Shown here in pieces: positions 19,071-28,820 of a stretch of 64,000 nt of DNA. Both the position numbers and the translations under genes were made by a program. The notes under the pieces are model-generated. The model saw nothing but the letters and a program-made list of their open reading frames with translations. It was not told where the DNA came from and made no database searches. Origin of the DNA: an uncultured Verrucomicrobiae bacterium (GTDB lineage Bacteria > Verrucomicrobiota > Verrucomicrobiia > Chthoniobacterales > Chthoniobacteraceae); assembly GCA_963836755.1 (NCBI GenBank), contig CAWIKF010000002.1, forward strand, positions 864,001-928,000. The letters are read 5' to 3'. Position 1 is the stretch's first letter; every line of letters starts with the position of its first letter.

Positions 19071-20711
19071 TTAATGCGCGGTCGCTTTTTCGGAACCGAG
19101 GCCGGTGTTGGCGCGGACGGTGAGTTCCGTGAAACGTGCTTCAGCACTGGGTTCGCGGGTGACGAGCGTGCCGATGATCGCGGCGAGGAAGCCGAGCGGG
19201 ATGCTGATCAAACCGGGGTTCGAAAGCGAAAATAATGGCGCCCGCTGGATGAGATGGCGTGCGCTGGCCGCGACGGCTGGACCATCGATCCCCATGATCG
19301 TCGGGCTGATCAAAATGAGGCCGATGGAAGCGACGAGGCCGACGAGAAGACCAGAAACGGCGCCGGCGGTGTTGAAGCGTTTCCAGAAAATGGAGAACAA
19401 AATCACCGGCAGATTTGCGCTGGCCGCTACGGCAAAGGCGAGGCCGACGAGGAACGCGACGTTCGCATTGGGGCCGAGCGCGATGGCGAGCGAAATCGAA
19501 ACCGCGCCGACGATGAAGGCCGTGATCCGCGCGACGCGGACTTCCTGCCCCGGCGCTTGTTCTTTGCCGTGGTGGATGACGTTCGTGAAAAAGTCGTGGG
19601 CGAACGACGAGCTCGCGCTGATCGTGAGGCCGGCGACGACTGCGAGGATCGTGGCGAACGCTACGGCGCTGATGAACGCGAAGAAAACATTGCCGCCAAC
19701 GGCTTGCGCGAGCAGGGGAGCGGCCATGTTGCCGCCGCCGTTTTTCGTGATGAAATCCGGTCCGAGCAAGCTCGCGGCGCCGAAGCCGAAGAACGTCGTC
19801 ATGATATAAAAGATGCCGATGAGCACCATCGCCCACACCACGGAAGCGCGCGCGGTTTTTGCATCGGGCACGGTGTAAAAGCGGATGAGAATGTGCGGCA
19901 GGCCCGCTGTGCCGGCGACGAGCGCGAGGCAGAGCGAAATGAAATCGAGCGGGTTTTTAAATTTCATCCCGGGCGAAAGAAAATCCTGTGTCAGCGTCGC
20001 GCCGGCTTTGTGCGAGACGATGTGCGAGAGGGAATTGAAAAATTCCGCGAAGCTGAAATGGAACTTTGCCATCACGAGCACGCTCAGAAAAACGCTTCCG
20101 CTCATGAGCAGAATCGCTTTCACGATTTGCACCCACGTCGTCGCGATCATCCCGCCGAAGACGACGTAAACAATCATCAGCGCGCCGACGATGCAGACGG
20201 CTTCGTTGTAGGAAATCATGCTGCCGATCAGCGTCTTCACGAGATCGCCGGCGCCGACCATCTGCGCGATCATGTAGAAAATGGAAACGGTGATTGTGCT
20301 CAGCGACGCCGCGGCGCGGACCGGGCGCGGGTTGAGGCGATAGGCGAGCACATCGGCCATCGTGTATTTGCCGGCGTTGCGCAGCGGCTCGGCCACGAGC
20401 AATAGCACGGTGAGATACGCAACGAGGAAACCGACCGAGTAAAGAAACCCGTCGTAGCCAGAGAGCGCGATCATTCCGGCGATGCCGAGAAAGCTCGCCG
20501 CGCTCATGTAATCGCCCGCGACTGCGAGGCCGTTCTGCCATCCGGTGATGCGGCGTCCCGCGGCGAAATACGCGTTCGAGCCGGTCGCCTTTCGCGCGCT
20601 GAACCATGTGATGACCAGCGTCGCGGCGACGAAGCCGACGAACATGAAGAGCGCGGTGTAGTTGACCGGCGAGGCCGCGGCGGCAACGGCGAGGAACGGA
20701 GAAAAGTTCAT
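19071..20711 (-). CDS. actP: Cation/acetate (monocarboxylate) symporter, SSS family
   Basis: [49 protein letters not shown]; coupled to an upstream DUF485 gene. Confidence 0.9.
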   Translation of the reverse strand: MNFSPFLAVAAAASPVNYTALFMFVGFVAATLVITWFSARKATGSNAYFAAGRRITGWQNGLAVAGDYMSAASFLGIAGMIALSGYDGFLYSVGFLVAYLTVLLLVAEPLRNAGKYTMADVLAYRLNPRPVRAAASLSTITVSIFYMIAQMVGAGDLVKTLIGSMISYNEAVCIVGALMIVYVVFGGMIATTWVQIVKAILLMSGSVFLSVLVMAKFHFSFAEFFNSLSHIVSHKAGATLTQDFLSPGMKFKNPLDFISLCLALVAGTAGLPHILIRFYTVPDAKTARASVVWAMVLIGIFYIMTTFFGFGAASLLGPDFITKNGGGNMAAPLLAQAVGGNVFFAFISAVAFATILAVVAGLTISASSSFAHDFFTNVIHHGKEQAPGQEVRVARITAFIVGAVSISLAIALGPNANVAFLVGLAFAVAASANLPVILFSIFWKRFNTAGAVSGLLVGLVASIGLILISPTIMGIDGPAVAASARHLIQRAPLFSLSNPGLISIPLGFLAAIIGTLVTREPSAEARFTELTVRANTGLGSEKATAH

Positions 20712-20713
20712 GC

Positions 20714-21127
20714 TCAACGTTTGCTAAACTTCGCGAGAATGGCTGCAGCCGACTTGTCCCAGCCGCCCGCTTTTTTGACGTAAAGCGCGGCGACGATCCA
20801 CGCCATCAGGAACTGCGAGAGCGCAAAGATGTAGCCAATGTTCACGCTGCCGACTTTGGTTTTCATGAAGTCGGGGAACCAGCCGACCAGCACCGGAAGC
20901 GCAAAATAATAGACGAGGAAAAAAATCGTGGTTGGCGCGATGAACGCGATCTTCGCCGCGAGCAACTTTTTAAAGTCCGCGTCGGCGGCGATTTCGTCCC
21001 AGTTGATGTTGCCGCGCTCCTCGTCGGCGGTGAGTTCGTGCGCGGGTTTCGTGCCGCGGCCGAGCGGGGCGATGTCCGTTTGCGAGCCGACGATCGGCGT
21101 CGGGTCGCTCGACTCCGGGGTGTTCAT
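20714..21127 (-). CDS. DUF485 (YjcH-like) small membrane partner of ActP
   Basis: [12 protein letters not shown]...YYFALPVL...FALSQF with two TM helices; immediately upstream of actP. ATG at 21127. Confidence 0.85.
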   Translation of the reverse strand: MNTPESSDPTPIVGSQTDIAPLGRGTKPAHELTADEERGNINWDEIAADADFKKLLAAKIAFIAPTTIFFLVYYFALPVLVGWFPDFMKTKVGSVNIGYIFALSQFLMAWIVAALYVKKAGGWDKSAAAILAKFSKR

Positions 21128-21227
21128 GCGCGCGACGTTAGCATGCGACAATTGTGCAACAAGGAGAAACGCGCAGGAAACGCTTGGGAATCGCGCCGAA
21201 TCTTCGTTAAAGTTTTGATCCCATATT

Positions 21228-23009
21228 ATGGCCGCGACCCGTTCCCAAAAATCACTGAAGACAAAGTCCGACAAAGCCGCGCAGCGCGAGCATTCGCGCA
21301 TCGTGGTCGATGGCGTAGAGCGCGCGCCGAGCCGCGCGATGCTGCATGCGGTCGGATTCACGGCGGCGGATTTTAAAAAATCGCAGATCGGCGTCGCGTC
21401 GCTCTGGAGCATGGTCACGCCGTGCAACATGCACATCGACAAGCTCGCGATCGAGGCGCAGAACGGCGTGAACATGGCCGGCGGAAAGGCCGTCATCTTT
21501 GGCGCCATCACGATCTCCGACGGCATCTCGATGGGCACCGAAGGGATGAAATATTCGCTCGTTTCGCGCGAGGTCATTGCCGATTCCATCGAAACCGTCG
21601 TCGGCTGCGAAGGCTTTGACGGCCTCGTCGCGATCGGCGGTTGCGACAAAAATATGCCAGGTTGTTTGATCGGCATCGCGCGGATGAATCGCCCGTCGGT
21701 CTTCGTTTACGGCGGCACCATTTTGCCCGGCTGCATCACCGGCCAGATCGTCTCGCAGCGGCTCGGGCGCAAAGTCGACACCGCTGGCGCACCCGAGCGG
21801 CTGCTCGATCTAGTCTCGGTCTTCGAGGCAGTCGGCGCGCATGCGAATGGCCGCATCGGCGAGGACGAGCTGCAGCAAATCGAGGCCGCGGCCATCCCCG
21901 GCGCCGGCTCGTGCGGCGGCATGTATACCGCGAACACCATGGCATCGGCGATCGAAGCGCTCGGCATGAGTTTGCCGAATAGCTCCGCACAGACGGCCAT
22001 CTCCGCGGCGAAAATCGAGGATTGCCGCAACGCCGGAGCCGCCGTCATGCATCTGCTCCAACGCGGCATCCGCCCGCTCGACATCATGACGCGCGAGGCT
22101 TTTGAAAATGCGATCACCGTCGTCATCGCGCTCGGCGGCTCGACAAACGCTGTGTTACATCTGCTGGCAATGGCGCACGCCGCTGGCGTCAAACTTACGA
22201 TCGATGACTTCACGCGCGTCGGCAAACGCGTGCCCGTGCTCGCCGATTTGAAACCGAGCGGCCGCTATTTGATGTCCGAGCTCGTCGCAATCGGCGGCCA
22301 GACGCCGCTGATGAAAACTTTGCTCAATGAAGGGCTGCTCCACGGCGACTGCCTCACCGTCACCGGCAAGACCGTGAAACAAAACCTCGCGGGCGTGAAA
22401 CCGTATCCCGCCGGCCAGCAGATCGTGCGGCCCTTTCGCGATCCGATCAAAAAAGAAAGCCACCTCGTCATCCTGCGCGGCAACCTCGCCCCCGACGGCG
22501 CCGTTGCGAAAATCTCCGGCAAGGAAGGGCTCAGCTTCACCGGCAGCGCCCGCGTTTTTGAGTCGGAGGAAACCGCGCTCGCCGCCATCCTCGACGGCAC
22601 AGTCCGCGCGGGCGACGTCGTCGTCATCCGCTACGAAGGCCCGCGCGGCGGTCCCGGCATGCGCGAGATGCTTTCGCCCACCTCCGCCATTATGGGCAAA
22701 GGTCTCGGCAAAGACGTCGCGCTGATCACCGACGGTCGATTTTCCGGCGGCAGCCACGGCTTCGTCGTCGGCCACATCACGCCCGAGGCGTATTGCGGCG
22801 GCCTGCTCGCCGTCGTCAAAAACGGCGACCGCATCACCATCGACGCCAGCAAACGTGCGATCACCCTCGTGGTCCCGAAAGCCGAGCTCGCCGCGCGATT
22901 GAAAAAATGGCGTGCGCCGAAGCCGCGCTACACCCGCGGCGTCCTGGCGAAATACGCAAAGCTCGTCAGCACCGCCAGTGACGGTGCCGTGACCGACAAG
23001 ACCTTGTAG
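21228..23009 (+). CDS. ilvD: Dihydroxy-acid dehydratase
   Basis: [57 protein letters not shown]. Confidence 0.97.
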   Translation: MAATRSQKSLKTKSDKAAQREHSRIVVDGVERAPSRAMLHAVGFTAADFKKSQIGVASLWSMVTPCNMHIDKLAIEAQNGVNMAGGKAVIFGAITISDGISMGTEGMKYSLVSREVIADSIETVVGCEGFDGLVAIGGCDKNMPGCLIGIARMNRPSVFVYGGTILPGCITGQIVSQRLGRKVDTAGAPERLLDLVSVFEAVGAHANGRIGEDELQQIEAAAIPGAGSCGGMYTANTMASAIEALGMSLPNSSAQTAISAAKIEDCRNAGAAVMHLLQRGIRPLDIMTREAFENAITVVIALGGSTNAVLHLLAMAHAAGVKLTIDDFTRVGKRVPVLADLKPSGRYLMSELVAIGGQTPLMKTLLNEGLLHGDCLTVTGKTVKQNLAGVKPYPAGQQIVRPFRDPIKKESHLVILRGNLAPDGAVAKISGKEGLSFTGSARVFESEETALAAILDGTVRAGDVVVIRYEGPRGGPGMREMLSPTSAIMGKGLGKDVALITDGRFSGGSHGFVVGHITPEAYCGGLLAVVKNGDRITIDASKRAITLVVPKAELAARLKKWRAPKPRYTRGVLAKYAKLVSTASDGAVTDKTL

Positions 23010-23073
23010 CAAAGTTTGACGCCGCGCATGCGCGCCCGCGACTCAGCTTTCACCGATCCCGCACACGCAAAGA

Positions 23074-23101
23074 GCGGCAGCCCGATCCAAAAGGCTGCCG
23101 C
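23074..23101. repeat. GC-rich palindrome (REP-like or terminator-like hairpin) downstream of ilvD
   Basis: GCGGCAGCC-cgatccaaaa-GGCTGCCGC, perfect 9-bp stem, no U-tract. Confidence 0.5.
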
Positions 23102-23181
23102 GCCACTCATCATGGGAAAAGTGAGGAACGCGCTACCTCCAGCAGGCAGCAACTGTGCCACGCCGTCCTCTTTTCGTGTAA

Positions 23182-23427
23182 ATGGGACTGCAAAGGGCCA
23201 GAAAAACTTTTTCCGGCCCAGTTGAGACTTCAAACCCTCCGGAAAAACTTCGTCTGGCCATGTTGAAGCTTCACATCGTCCGGAAAAACTTCATCTGTGA
23301 GAAAAAAGGCCTCAACTCTCTCAGAATTGTTTCGTCCGGCCCTCCTGAAGCTTCAAACCCTCTGGAAAAACTTTTTCCAGCCTACTTGAAGCTTCAAACA
23401 CCCCGGAAAAACTTCGTCAAGCCTTCT
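23182..23427. repeat. Degenerate non-coding tandem array, 6 x 41 bp
   Basis: Units start at 23182, 23223, 23264, 23305, 23346 and 23387; consensus TGAAGCTTC-N8-CGGAAAAACTTC-N12. Confidence 0.85.
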
Positions 23428-23550
23428 ACAGCTGTAAAAACCCGCCTGGAGATTCCAGATGCCTTTCTGGAGCCTCGGATTCCCTCCAAGGCGAGGGCAT
23501 ATATTAATGTAAGCCGACATCATGATGCCTTCGTTAGCACCTATCCCTCA

Positions 23551-23578
23551 TTGACAAGATAAACCCGTCCGCCATTCT
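23551..23578 (+). promoter_or_regulatory. Putative sigma70 promoter (Pc-like) upstream of the attI-like site
   Basis: Perfect TTGACA (23551-23556), 16-bp spacer, weak -10 CATTCT. Confidence 0.45.
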
Positions 23579-23626
23579 CCAGCTTATGCCGACACAGACC
23601 TTGGGGCATTAGGCCGAGACCAGTCG

Positions 23627-23645
23627 GCCCAATAGGATGTTAGGC
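23627..23645 (+). mobile_element. attI-like integron simple site
   Basis: GCCCAAT (L box) + 5-bp AGGAT + GTTAGGC (GTTRRRY core), 22 bp before the ATG of a small gene. Confidence 0.6.
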
Positions 23646-23667
23646 GTTTCCTCGCGTTCATCCAAAT

Positions 23668-24000
23668 ATGATTACACTCATCGTTTTCGCTAGAGTAAAG
23701 CCGGGGACACGCGAAGAGTTGCTGGAAACCGGACGCGTGCTTTTCGATGAACTCTCAAAAGAGCCAACCTTCCTCGACGCATGGCTTCACACAACCGAAG
23801 ACGATCCCGATTTGATCGTCGTCTACGAGCGATGGAATGAGACGCAGGAGTCGTTTATTCGCGACCTGTTGCCGAAGCCCTTTTACAAACCATATCTCGA
23901 AGTTCTCGAACGAATCGGCCTTAGTCGTGAGATTCACTTCCTTGATGAGCGTCATGCGTGGCACGCACCAACAACGCAAGGACCAAAATCAAACCCATGA
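23668..24000 (+). CDS. Antibiotic-biosynthesis monooxygenase (ABM)/quinol monooxygenase-family protein
   Basis: ARVKPG...EPTF...DPDLIVVYERW pattern, 110 aa. Confidence 0.75.
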   Translation: MITLIVFARVKPGTREELLETGRVLFDELSKEPTFLDAWLHTTEDDPDLIVVYERWNETQESFIRDLLPKPFYKPYLEVLERIGLSREIHFLDERHAWHAPTTQGPKSNP

Positions 24001-24272
24001 AAGAATACATCATGATCAATCACGGAGTAGGTTCTCCCGCAAGCTGGGACGAATATTTCAAGATGCTCCACGATGAGGGACACATGATGGGAGGCTCGGC
24101 TTTGGATCACGGAATCTCTGTGAGAGACGGCAAGTTTTCAGATGCTCAGTCTCAAACCATTACTGGCTATATCGTGATACAAGCGGAAGACCTGGATGCA
24201 GCACGGAAGATTATGTTGCAGAGCCCGATCCACCAAGCGGGAGGAACAGTGGAGCTATTCACGTTGGTATGA
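23997..24272 (+). CDS. YCII-related protein
   Basis: GHMMGGSAL...ITGYIVIQAEDLDAA...SPI..GGTVE; ATGA overlap with the upstream stop. Confidence 0.7.
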   Translation: MKEYIMINHGVGSPASWDEYFKMLHDEGHMMGGSALDHGISVRDGKFSDAQSQTITGYIVIQAEDLDAARKIMLQSPIHQAGGTVELFTLV

Positions 24273-24315
24273 CAGGTCGCTCAGTGTCCCTCGGCTCGCT
24301 CTTCCCTATTTCAAT

Positions 24316-24540
24316 ATGAAACTCGTCCTGCTGCTGGTTATCCTACTCGCTGTGCTACCTATCGCCCTATGTCGGAGCATCGTGCGGCGTGTGTTACTCG
24401 CCGTGTCTGTGCTCGTGCTTGGCGCGCTGTGCGTTCACGTCCTCGCTGTTGCTTGTATATTCACCTACTCCCTCGTCCATGAGCGGGGCTCGGGAGGGTT
24501 TGCTCCCGTGGCGGTTCCCGCAACTCAAGGCTATCGCTAA
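24316..24540 (+). CDS. Small hydrophobic hypothetical protein (possibly truncated)
   Basis: 74 aa with two hydrophobic segments; ends 11 bp before the attC-like remnant. Confidence 0.45.
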   Translation: MKLVLLLVILLAVLPIALCRSIVRRVLLAVSVLVLGALCVHVLAVACIFTYSLVHERGSGGFAPVAVPATQGYR

Positions 24541-24551
24541 TCCTGTCCGCC

Positions 24552-24594
24552 GCCTAATCACGCGCGCCAGCGAGCAGAGGCGCGATTAAAGGCG
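24552..24594 (+). mobile_element. Degenerate attC-like remnant
   Basis: GCCTAAT-CACGC-GCGCCAGC (R''-5 bp-L'' layout) closing an imperfect hairpin with CGCGATTAAAGGCG. Confidence 0.4.
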
Positions 24595-24629
24595 ACAACT
24601 GAGATACACCTGTATTAATACGCTATTTT

Positions 24630-25040
24630 ATGCCGGCCGATTTTTTGATCGATGAGGAACAGCAGATGGTTTTCAGCTATGGATGGGGCACGCTTAGCTT
24701 TGCGGATGTGAAGGATCATCGGACCCGGTTGTTCGCCGATCCGAAATACAATTCTCGCTTCCGACAAGTCGCGAATCTCCTGGATGTGACAGAGATGAAC
24801 TTTACCAGCGATCAAATCTGGACGCTCGCAATCGAGACGGTCCTTTCGCCGTGGTCTCCTCGTGCAATCGTGGCTCCTCAGAAACATTTCGGTTTGGCCA
24901 GGATGTTTCATGGCCATTCTGAACGTCAAAATATTCTGGTCTTCCGCGAGCTGGAGAAAGCGGTGGAATGGGTGAAAATACCCTTCGATGCTGCGGTGAA
25001 GGCCTTTGACAAGATCCGTCAGAAGCACGCCTTGGCATAG
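24630..25040 (+). CDS. Hypothetical protein, SpoIIAA/STAS-SEC14-like fold
   Basis: RAIVA...FGLARMF...VFRELEKAVEW C-terminal pattern typical of this family. Confidence 0.6.
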   Translation: MPADFLIDEEQQMVFSYGWGTLSFADVKDHRTRLFADPKYNSRFRQVANLLDVTEMNFTSDQIWTLAIETVLSPWSPRAIVAPQKHFGLARMFHGHSERQNILVFRELEKAVEWVKIPFDAAVKAFDKIRQKHALA

Positions 25041-25125
25041 CGTCGTCGAATTCTTTTGGAGACTTAGGTCCAAAGCCGGGGCGCCCAAGCAGCCGTGTCC
25101 GCCGCTGGAAACGAACGTAGATGGA

Positions 25126-25329
25126 ATGAAAACTTTCCGAATCCCTTTGGCTGTGGCTTCCGTCTTGCTGGTCGCGGGATTTTCCGCGTGTCAAACCCAC
25201 CCCGCTTCATCGGCTCACGAGGAAGGCCGAAGCTTTCAACAGCAGACCAATCAGACGATGAATCCGATCACGCGGACTTATGAGCAGGAGCCGCCGTTTG
25301 GGCCGCGCTCGAACAAGAGTTACGACTAG
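25126..25329 (+). CDS. Small putative lipoprotein
   Basis: MKTFRIPLAVASVLLVAGFSAC signal peptide with lipobox. Confidence 0.6.
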   Translation: MKTFRIPLAVASVLLVAGFSACQTHPASSAHEEGRSFQQQTNQTMNPITRTYEQEPPFGPRSNKSYD

Positions 25330-25330
25330 C

Positions 25331-26455
25331 TCAATCCGCCGGTTGCATGGCCGGCGCGAAGACGAAGTCTCCGAGCCGCGCTTTGAGCGCATCGAGGCCC
25401 AACTCTTTTTCGGCTGAAACGGGAATGACTTCGCGCTTCCGAAAGCGGCGCTTGAAAGCGGCAAGATTTTCCTCGGCGCCGGGCAGGTCCATTTTGTTCG
25501 CAACCACGATCCACGGCCGGTCGGCAAGGGTCGGGTCGTAAAGTTTCAACTCTTCGCGCAGCTTGCCGAGATCATCGAGCGGGTTGCGTCCTTCGCTGCC
25601 GGCCATGTCGAGGACGAAAAGCAGAAGCTTGCAGCGGACGATGTGCCGGAGAAATTCGTGGCCGAGCCCGACGTTCAAGTGTGCGCCTTCGATCAAGCCC
25701 GGAATGTCTGCGACCGTGGCGCGCGCGTAGCCGGGAAAGTCCACGACCCCGATGACCGGGTGCAGCGTGGTGAAAGGATACGCAGCGACCTTCGGATGCG
25801 CTGCCGAGATGCTGCTGAGCAACGTGGACTTTCCCGCGTTTGGATAACCGACGAGGCCGGCATCCGCAATCGTGCGGAGTTCAAACAAAAATTCGCCTTC
25901 CTCGCCCGCTTCGCCCGGCGTGTATTCGCGCGGCACGCGGTTGCGCGAGCTTTTGAAATGGACGTTGCCTTTGCCGCCATCGCCGCCGCGGCAGAGCACA
26001 AATTCCTGCCCGTCCTGCGTGAGGTCGGCGAGCAATTCCAGGTTTTCCTGCGGGCGCGTGCCGGCCCCGGGCGCGGGCTCTTCATCGATCTCGCGCTCCA
26101 GATTGATCGCGCGCCCGATCATGCTGACCGGCGTCCCTTTCTCGCCCGTCTCCTTCTTCGGCATCCGATAAACGAGGGTGCCGACCGGCACGGCGACGAT
26201 CTTCGGTTTCGCCGCGCGGCCGTAGCAGTTTTTACTGCCGCCGTGCTCGCCGTCTTTCGCCTTGATGATCGGCTCGTAGAAAAAATTCGCTAGATTGTCC
26301 GTGTGCGAGCTCGCATGCAGAATGATATCGCCGCCACGTCCGCCGTCGCCGCCGTTCGGGCCGCCCTTCGGCACGAACTTCTCGCGCCGAAAGCTGACCA
26401 TGCCGCTGCCTCCGTCGCCGGCTTTGGCGCTGACTTTGATGTGATCGACGAACAT
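25331..26455 (-). CDS. obgE: GTPase ObgE/CgtA
   Basis: MFVD...AGDGG...FRREKFVPKGGPNGGDGG, GYPNAGKST, YPFTTL, DIPGLIEGA, NKMD. Confidence 0.97.
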   Translation of the reverse strand: MFVDHIKVSAKAGDGGSGMVSFRREKFVPKGGPNGGDGGRGGDIILHASSHTDNLANFFYEPIIKAKDGEHGGSKNCYGRAAKPKIVAVPVGTLVYRMPKKETGEKGTPVSMIGRAINLEREIDEEPAPGAGTRPQENLELLADLTQDGQEFVLCRGGDGGKGNVHFKSSRNRVPREYTPGEAGEEGEFLFELRTIADAGLVGYPNAGKSTLLSSISAAHPKVAAYPFTTLHPVIGVVDFPGYARATVADIPGLIEGAHLNVGLGHEFLRHIVRCKLLLFVLDMAGSEGRNPLDDLGKLREELKLYDPTLADRPWIVVANKMDLPGAEENLAAFKRRFRKREVIPVSAEKELGLDALKARLGDFVFAPAMQPAD

Positions 26456-26550
26456 GCGCCGGAATGTCGATGGGCGGCGCGTGCTTGTCGAATGCGGAAA
26501 TCAACTCGTCACTCGACACCCCGCGTGCGCCGCTTCTATCTTTTCGCCCG

Positions 26551-27585
26551 ATGAATCTCGTCAAAGTCGCCGTGCTCGGCGCGACAGGCTATTCCGGCGA
26601 AGAGCTGATTCGCATCCTGCTGCGGCATTCCGGCGTGGAATTGTGCGCAGTGACCTCGCGCACGCACGCGGGCAAAACGCTCGCGGAGATTTTTCCGCGA
26701 TTCGCCGCGAGGCAGTTCTCGGATCTAAAATTCATCGCATCCGAAGTGGCGGGCGTCGTCGCCAGCGGTGCGCAAATCGCGATTCTCGCGCTTCCACACG
26801 GCGCGGCGGCAGAATTCGCGAAGCCGCTCCTCGCCGCCAAACTGCGCGTGATCGATCTCTCCGCGGACTTCCGAATCAAAGACGCGCAAGTTTACGCCGA
26901 TTATTATGGCGCGCCGCATCCGGCGCCGGAGCTGCTCGCGCAAAGTGTCTACGGTTTGCCCGAACTTTATCGCGATGAAATTCGCGGCGCGCAGATCGTC
27001 GCTTCGCCCGGCTGCTATCCGACCAGCATTATTTTGCCGCTGCACCCGCTTTTGAAAAATCGGCTGCTCGATCCGCGCAGCATTTGCGTGACGAGTTTGA
27101 GCGGCGTCAGCGGCGCCGGACGCAAAGCCGAAGTCAACCTGCTCTTTGCCGAGTGCAATGAAAGTGTGCGCGCTTACGGCGTGCCGAAGCATCGGCATCT
27201 CGCCGAGATCGAGCAGGAACTCAGCGCCGCGGCCGATGAAACGGTCGTGATTAATTTCACGCCGCATCTCGTGCCGATCACGCGCGGCATCGTCTCCACG
27301 ATTTACGCGCAGCCGGCGCCAAACGTTGACGCGCAGGCCATTTTCAAAACGTTGACGGAAGTTTATAAAGCCGAAGCTTTTGTCCGCTTGCGAGGCGGAG
27401 AGGGCGAGGCCGACACGAAGAATGTGGCGAACACCAATTTCATCGACATCGCGTGGCGGCACGACCCGCGCACCGGCCGCGTCATTTTAATGAGTGCCGA
27501 GGATAATCTCGTCAAAGGCGCTTCGGGACAGGCCGTGCAAAGTTTGAACCTGATGTGCGGCTGGCCGGAGGAAACCGCGCTTTAA
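26551..27585 (+). CDS. argC: N-acetyl-gamma-glutamyl-phosphate reductase
   Basis: GATGYSG, ALPHG, IDLSADFR, PGCYPT, SGVSGAG, DNLVKGASGQA. Confidence 0.96.
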   Translation: MNLVKVAVLGATGYSGEELIRILLRHSGVELCAVTSRTHAGKTLAEIFPRFAARQFSDLKFIASEVAGVVASGAQIAILALPHGAAAEFAKPLLAAKLRVIDLSADFRIKDAQVYADYYGAPHPAPELLAQSVYGLPELYRDEIRGAQIVASPGCYPTSIILPLHPLLKNRLLDPRSICVTSLSGVSGAGRKAEVNLLFAECNESVRAYGVPKHRHLAEIEQELSAAADETVVINFTPHLVPITRGIVSTIYAQPAPNVDAQAIFKTLTEVYKAEAFVRLRGGEGEADTKNVANTNFIDIAWRHDPRTGRVILMSAEDNLVKGASGQAVQSLNLMCGWPEETAL

Positions 27586-27588
27586 AAA

Positions 27589-28800
27589 ATGTCGCACTTC
27601 ATCGAAATCTGCGGCGGCGTGACCGCGCCCGATGGCTTCATCGCCGGCAGCGCGTTTTGTGGAATCAAAACTTCCAACAAAGAAAAGCCGGACATCGCGC
27701 TGATTTTTTCATCGGCGCCCGCCGTTGCCGCGGCAACTTTTACGACGAACAAAGTCAAGGCCGCTCCGGTGCGCGTTTCGATGGCGCACATGCGCGGCGC
27801 TGACATTCGCGCGATCCTCGCGAACAGCGGCAACGCCAATGCCTGCACCGGCGTGAAAGGCATCCAGCACGCGAAGCGGATGGCGCTCGCGGCGGCGCGC
27901 GCGCTCGACCTGCGCGAGCGGCAGGTGCTGGTTTGTTCCACTGGGCGCATCGGCGTGGAATTGCCGATCGCGAAAATGGAGGAAACAATTTCGCGGATGC
28001 CAAAAGCGCTGCAAAAAGACGGCAGTCTCAAGGCCGCGCACGCGATCATGACGAGCGATACTTTTGCAAAGGAAGTCGCCGTCGAATTCAACCTTGATGG
28101 CAAGCGCGTGCGCATCGGCGCGATCGCGAAAGGCGCGGGCATGATCGATCCAAACATGGCGACGATGCTCTGTTTCATCACCACCGACGCGGCGATTGGC
28201 AAAAAAGATTTGCAGCGCGCGGTCTCAATCGCTGTCGAGCAATCGTTTAACCGAATCACAATCGATGGCGACATGAGCACGAATGACACCGTCATTGCGC
28301 TGGCGAATGGATTGGCCCGGAATCCTTTATTGAAAAGCGTCGGCGCCGATTCGAAAAAATTTCAGTGCGCACTCAACTACGTGACCGGCAAGCTTGCGCG
28401 AATGATCGTGGAAGATGGCGAGGGCGTGACGAAATTCATCGAACTGGCCGTGAAAGGCGCTGCGACTTACGAAGGCGCGCGCAAGGCGGCAGAGGCTGTC
28501 GCAAATTCCACACTCGTCAAATGCGCCTGGTTCGGCGGCGATCCGAACTGGGGCCGGATCATGGACGCGATCGGCTACTCGAGCGCGCGGATCCGCGAGG
28601 AGCTGGTCGATATTTATTACGATGGATTGATCGCCGTGAAAAATGGCCTCGCGAGCAAAACCCCATTTGCGGAGCTCGAGAAAATCGTGCGGCAGCCGAA
28701 GTTTACGATCACGATTGACCTGCACCTCGGCGCGGCAGATTACTGGGTTTTTACGACCGATTTGAGCACGCGTTACGTGGAGTTAAACATGGGCGAATAA
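27589..28800 (+). CDS. argJ: Bifunctional ornithine acetyltransferase
   Basis: NSGNANACTG, STGRIG, KGAGMIDPNMATML, DGDMSTND, DGEG, DPNWGR. Confidence 0.96.
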   Translation: MSHFIEICGGVTAPDGFIAGSAFCGIKTSNKEKPDIALIFSSAPAVAAATFTTNKVKAAPVRVSMAHMRGADIRAILANSGNANACTGVKGIQHAKRMALAAARALDLRERQVLVCSTGRIGVELPIAKMEETISRMPKALQKDGSLKAAHAIMTSDTFAKEVAVEFNLDGKRVRIGAIAKGAGMIDPNMATMLCFITTDAAIGKKDLQRAVSIAVEQSFNRITIDGDMSTNDTVIALANGLARNPLLKSVGADSKKFQCALNYVTGKLARMIVEDGEGVTKFIELAVKGAATYEGARKAAEAVANSTLVKCAWFGGDPNWGRIMDAIGYSSARIREELVDIYYDGLIAVKNGLASKTPFAELEKIVRQPKFTITIDLHLGAADYWVFTTDLSTRYVELNMGE

Positions 28801-28820
28801 TCGCGCAGGATCTTTTTTAC

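Noticed and set aside
21128..21676. Upstream part of the 320-aa ORF 20714-21676
   Set aside because: Antisense shadow of ilvD; only the C-terminal 137 aa (DUF485) is credible.
23182..23427. CRISPR array interpretation of the 41-bp repeat
   Set aside because: The period is too short for repeat plus spacer, the conserved parts are degenerate, the variable parts resemble each other, and there are no cas genes.
23182..23562. 126-aa ORF spanning the array
   Set aside because: A 41-bp period breaks codon phase, so the repeat is not reflected in the protein; no recognisable motif.
23010..23640. Integron integrase gene upstream of the attI-like site
   Set aside because: No ORF with tyrosine-recombinase R-H-R-Y motifs here or anywhere else in the window.
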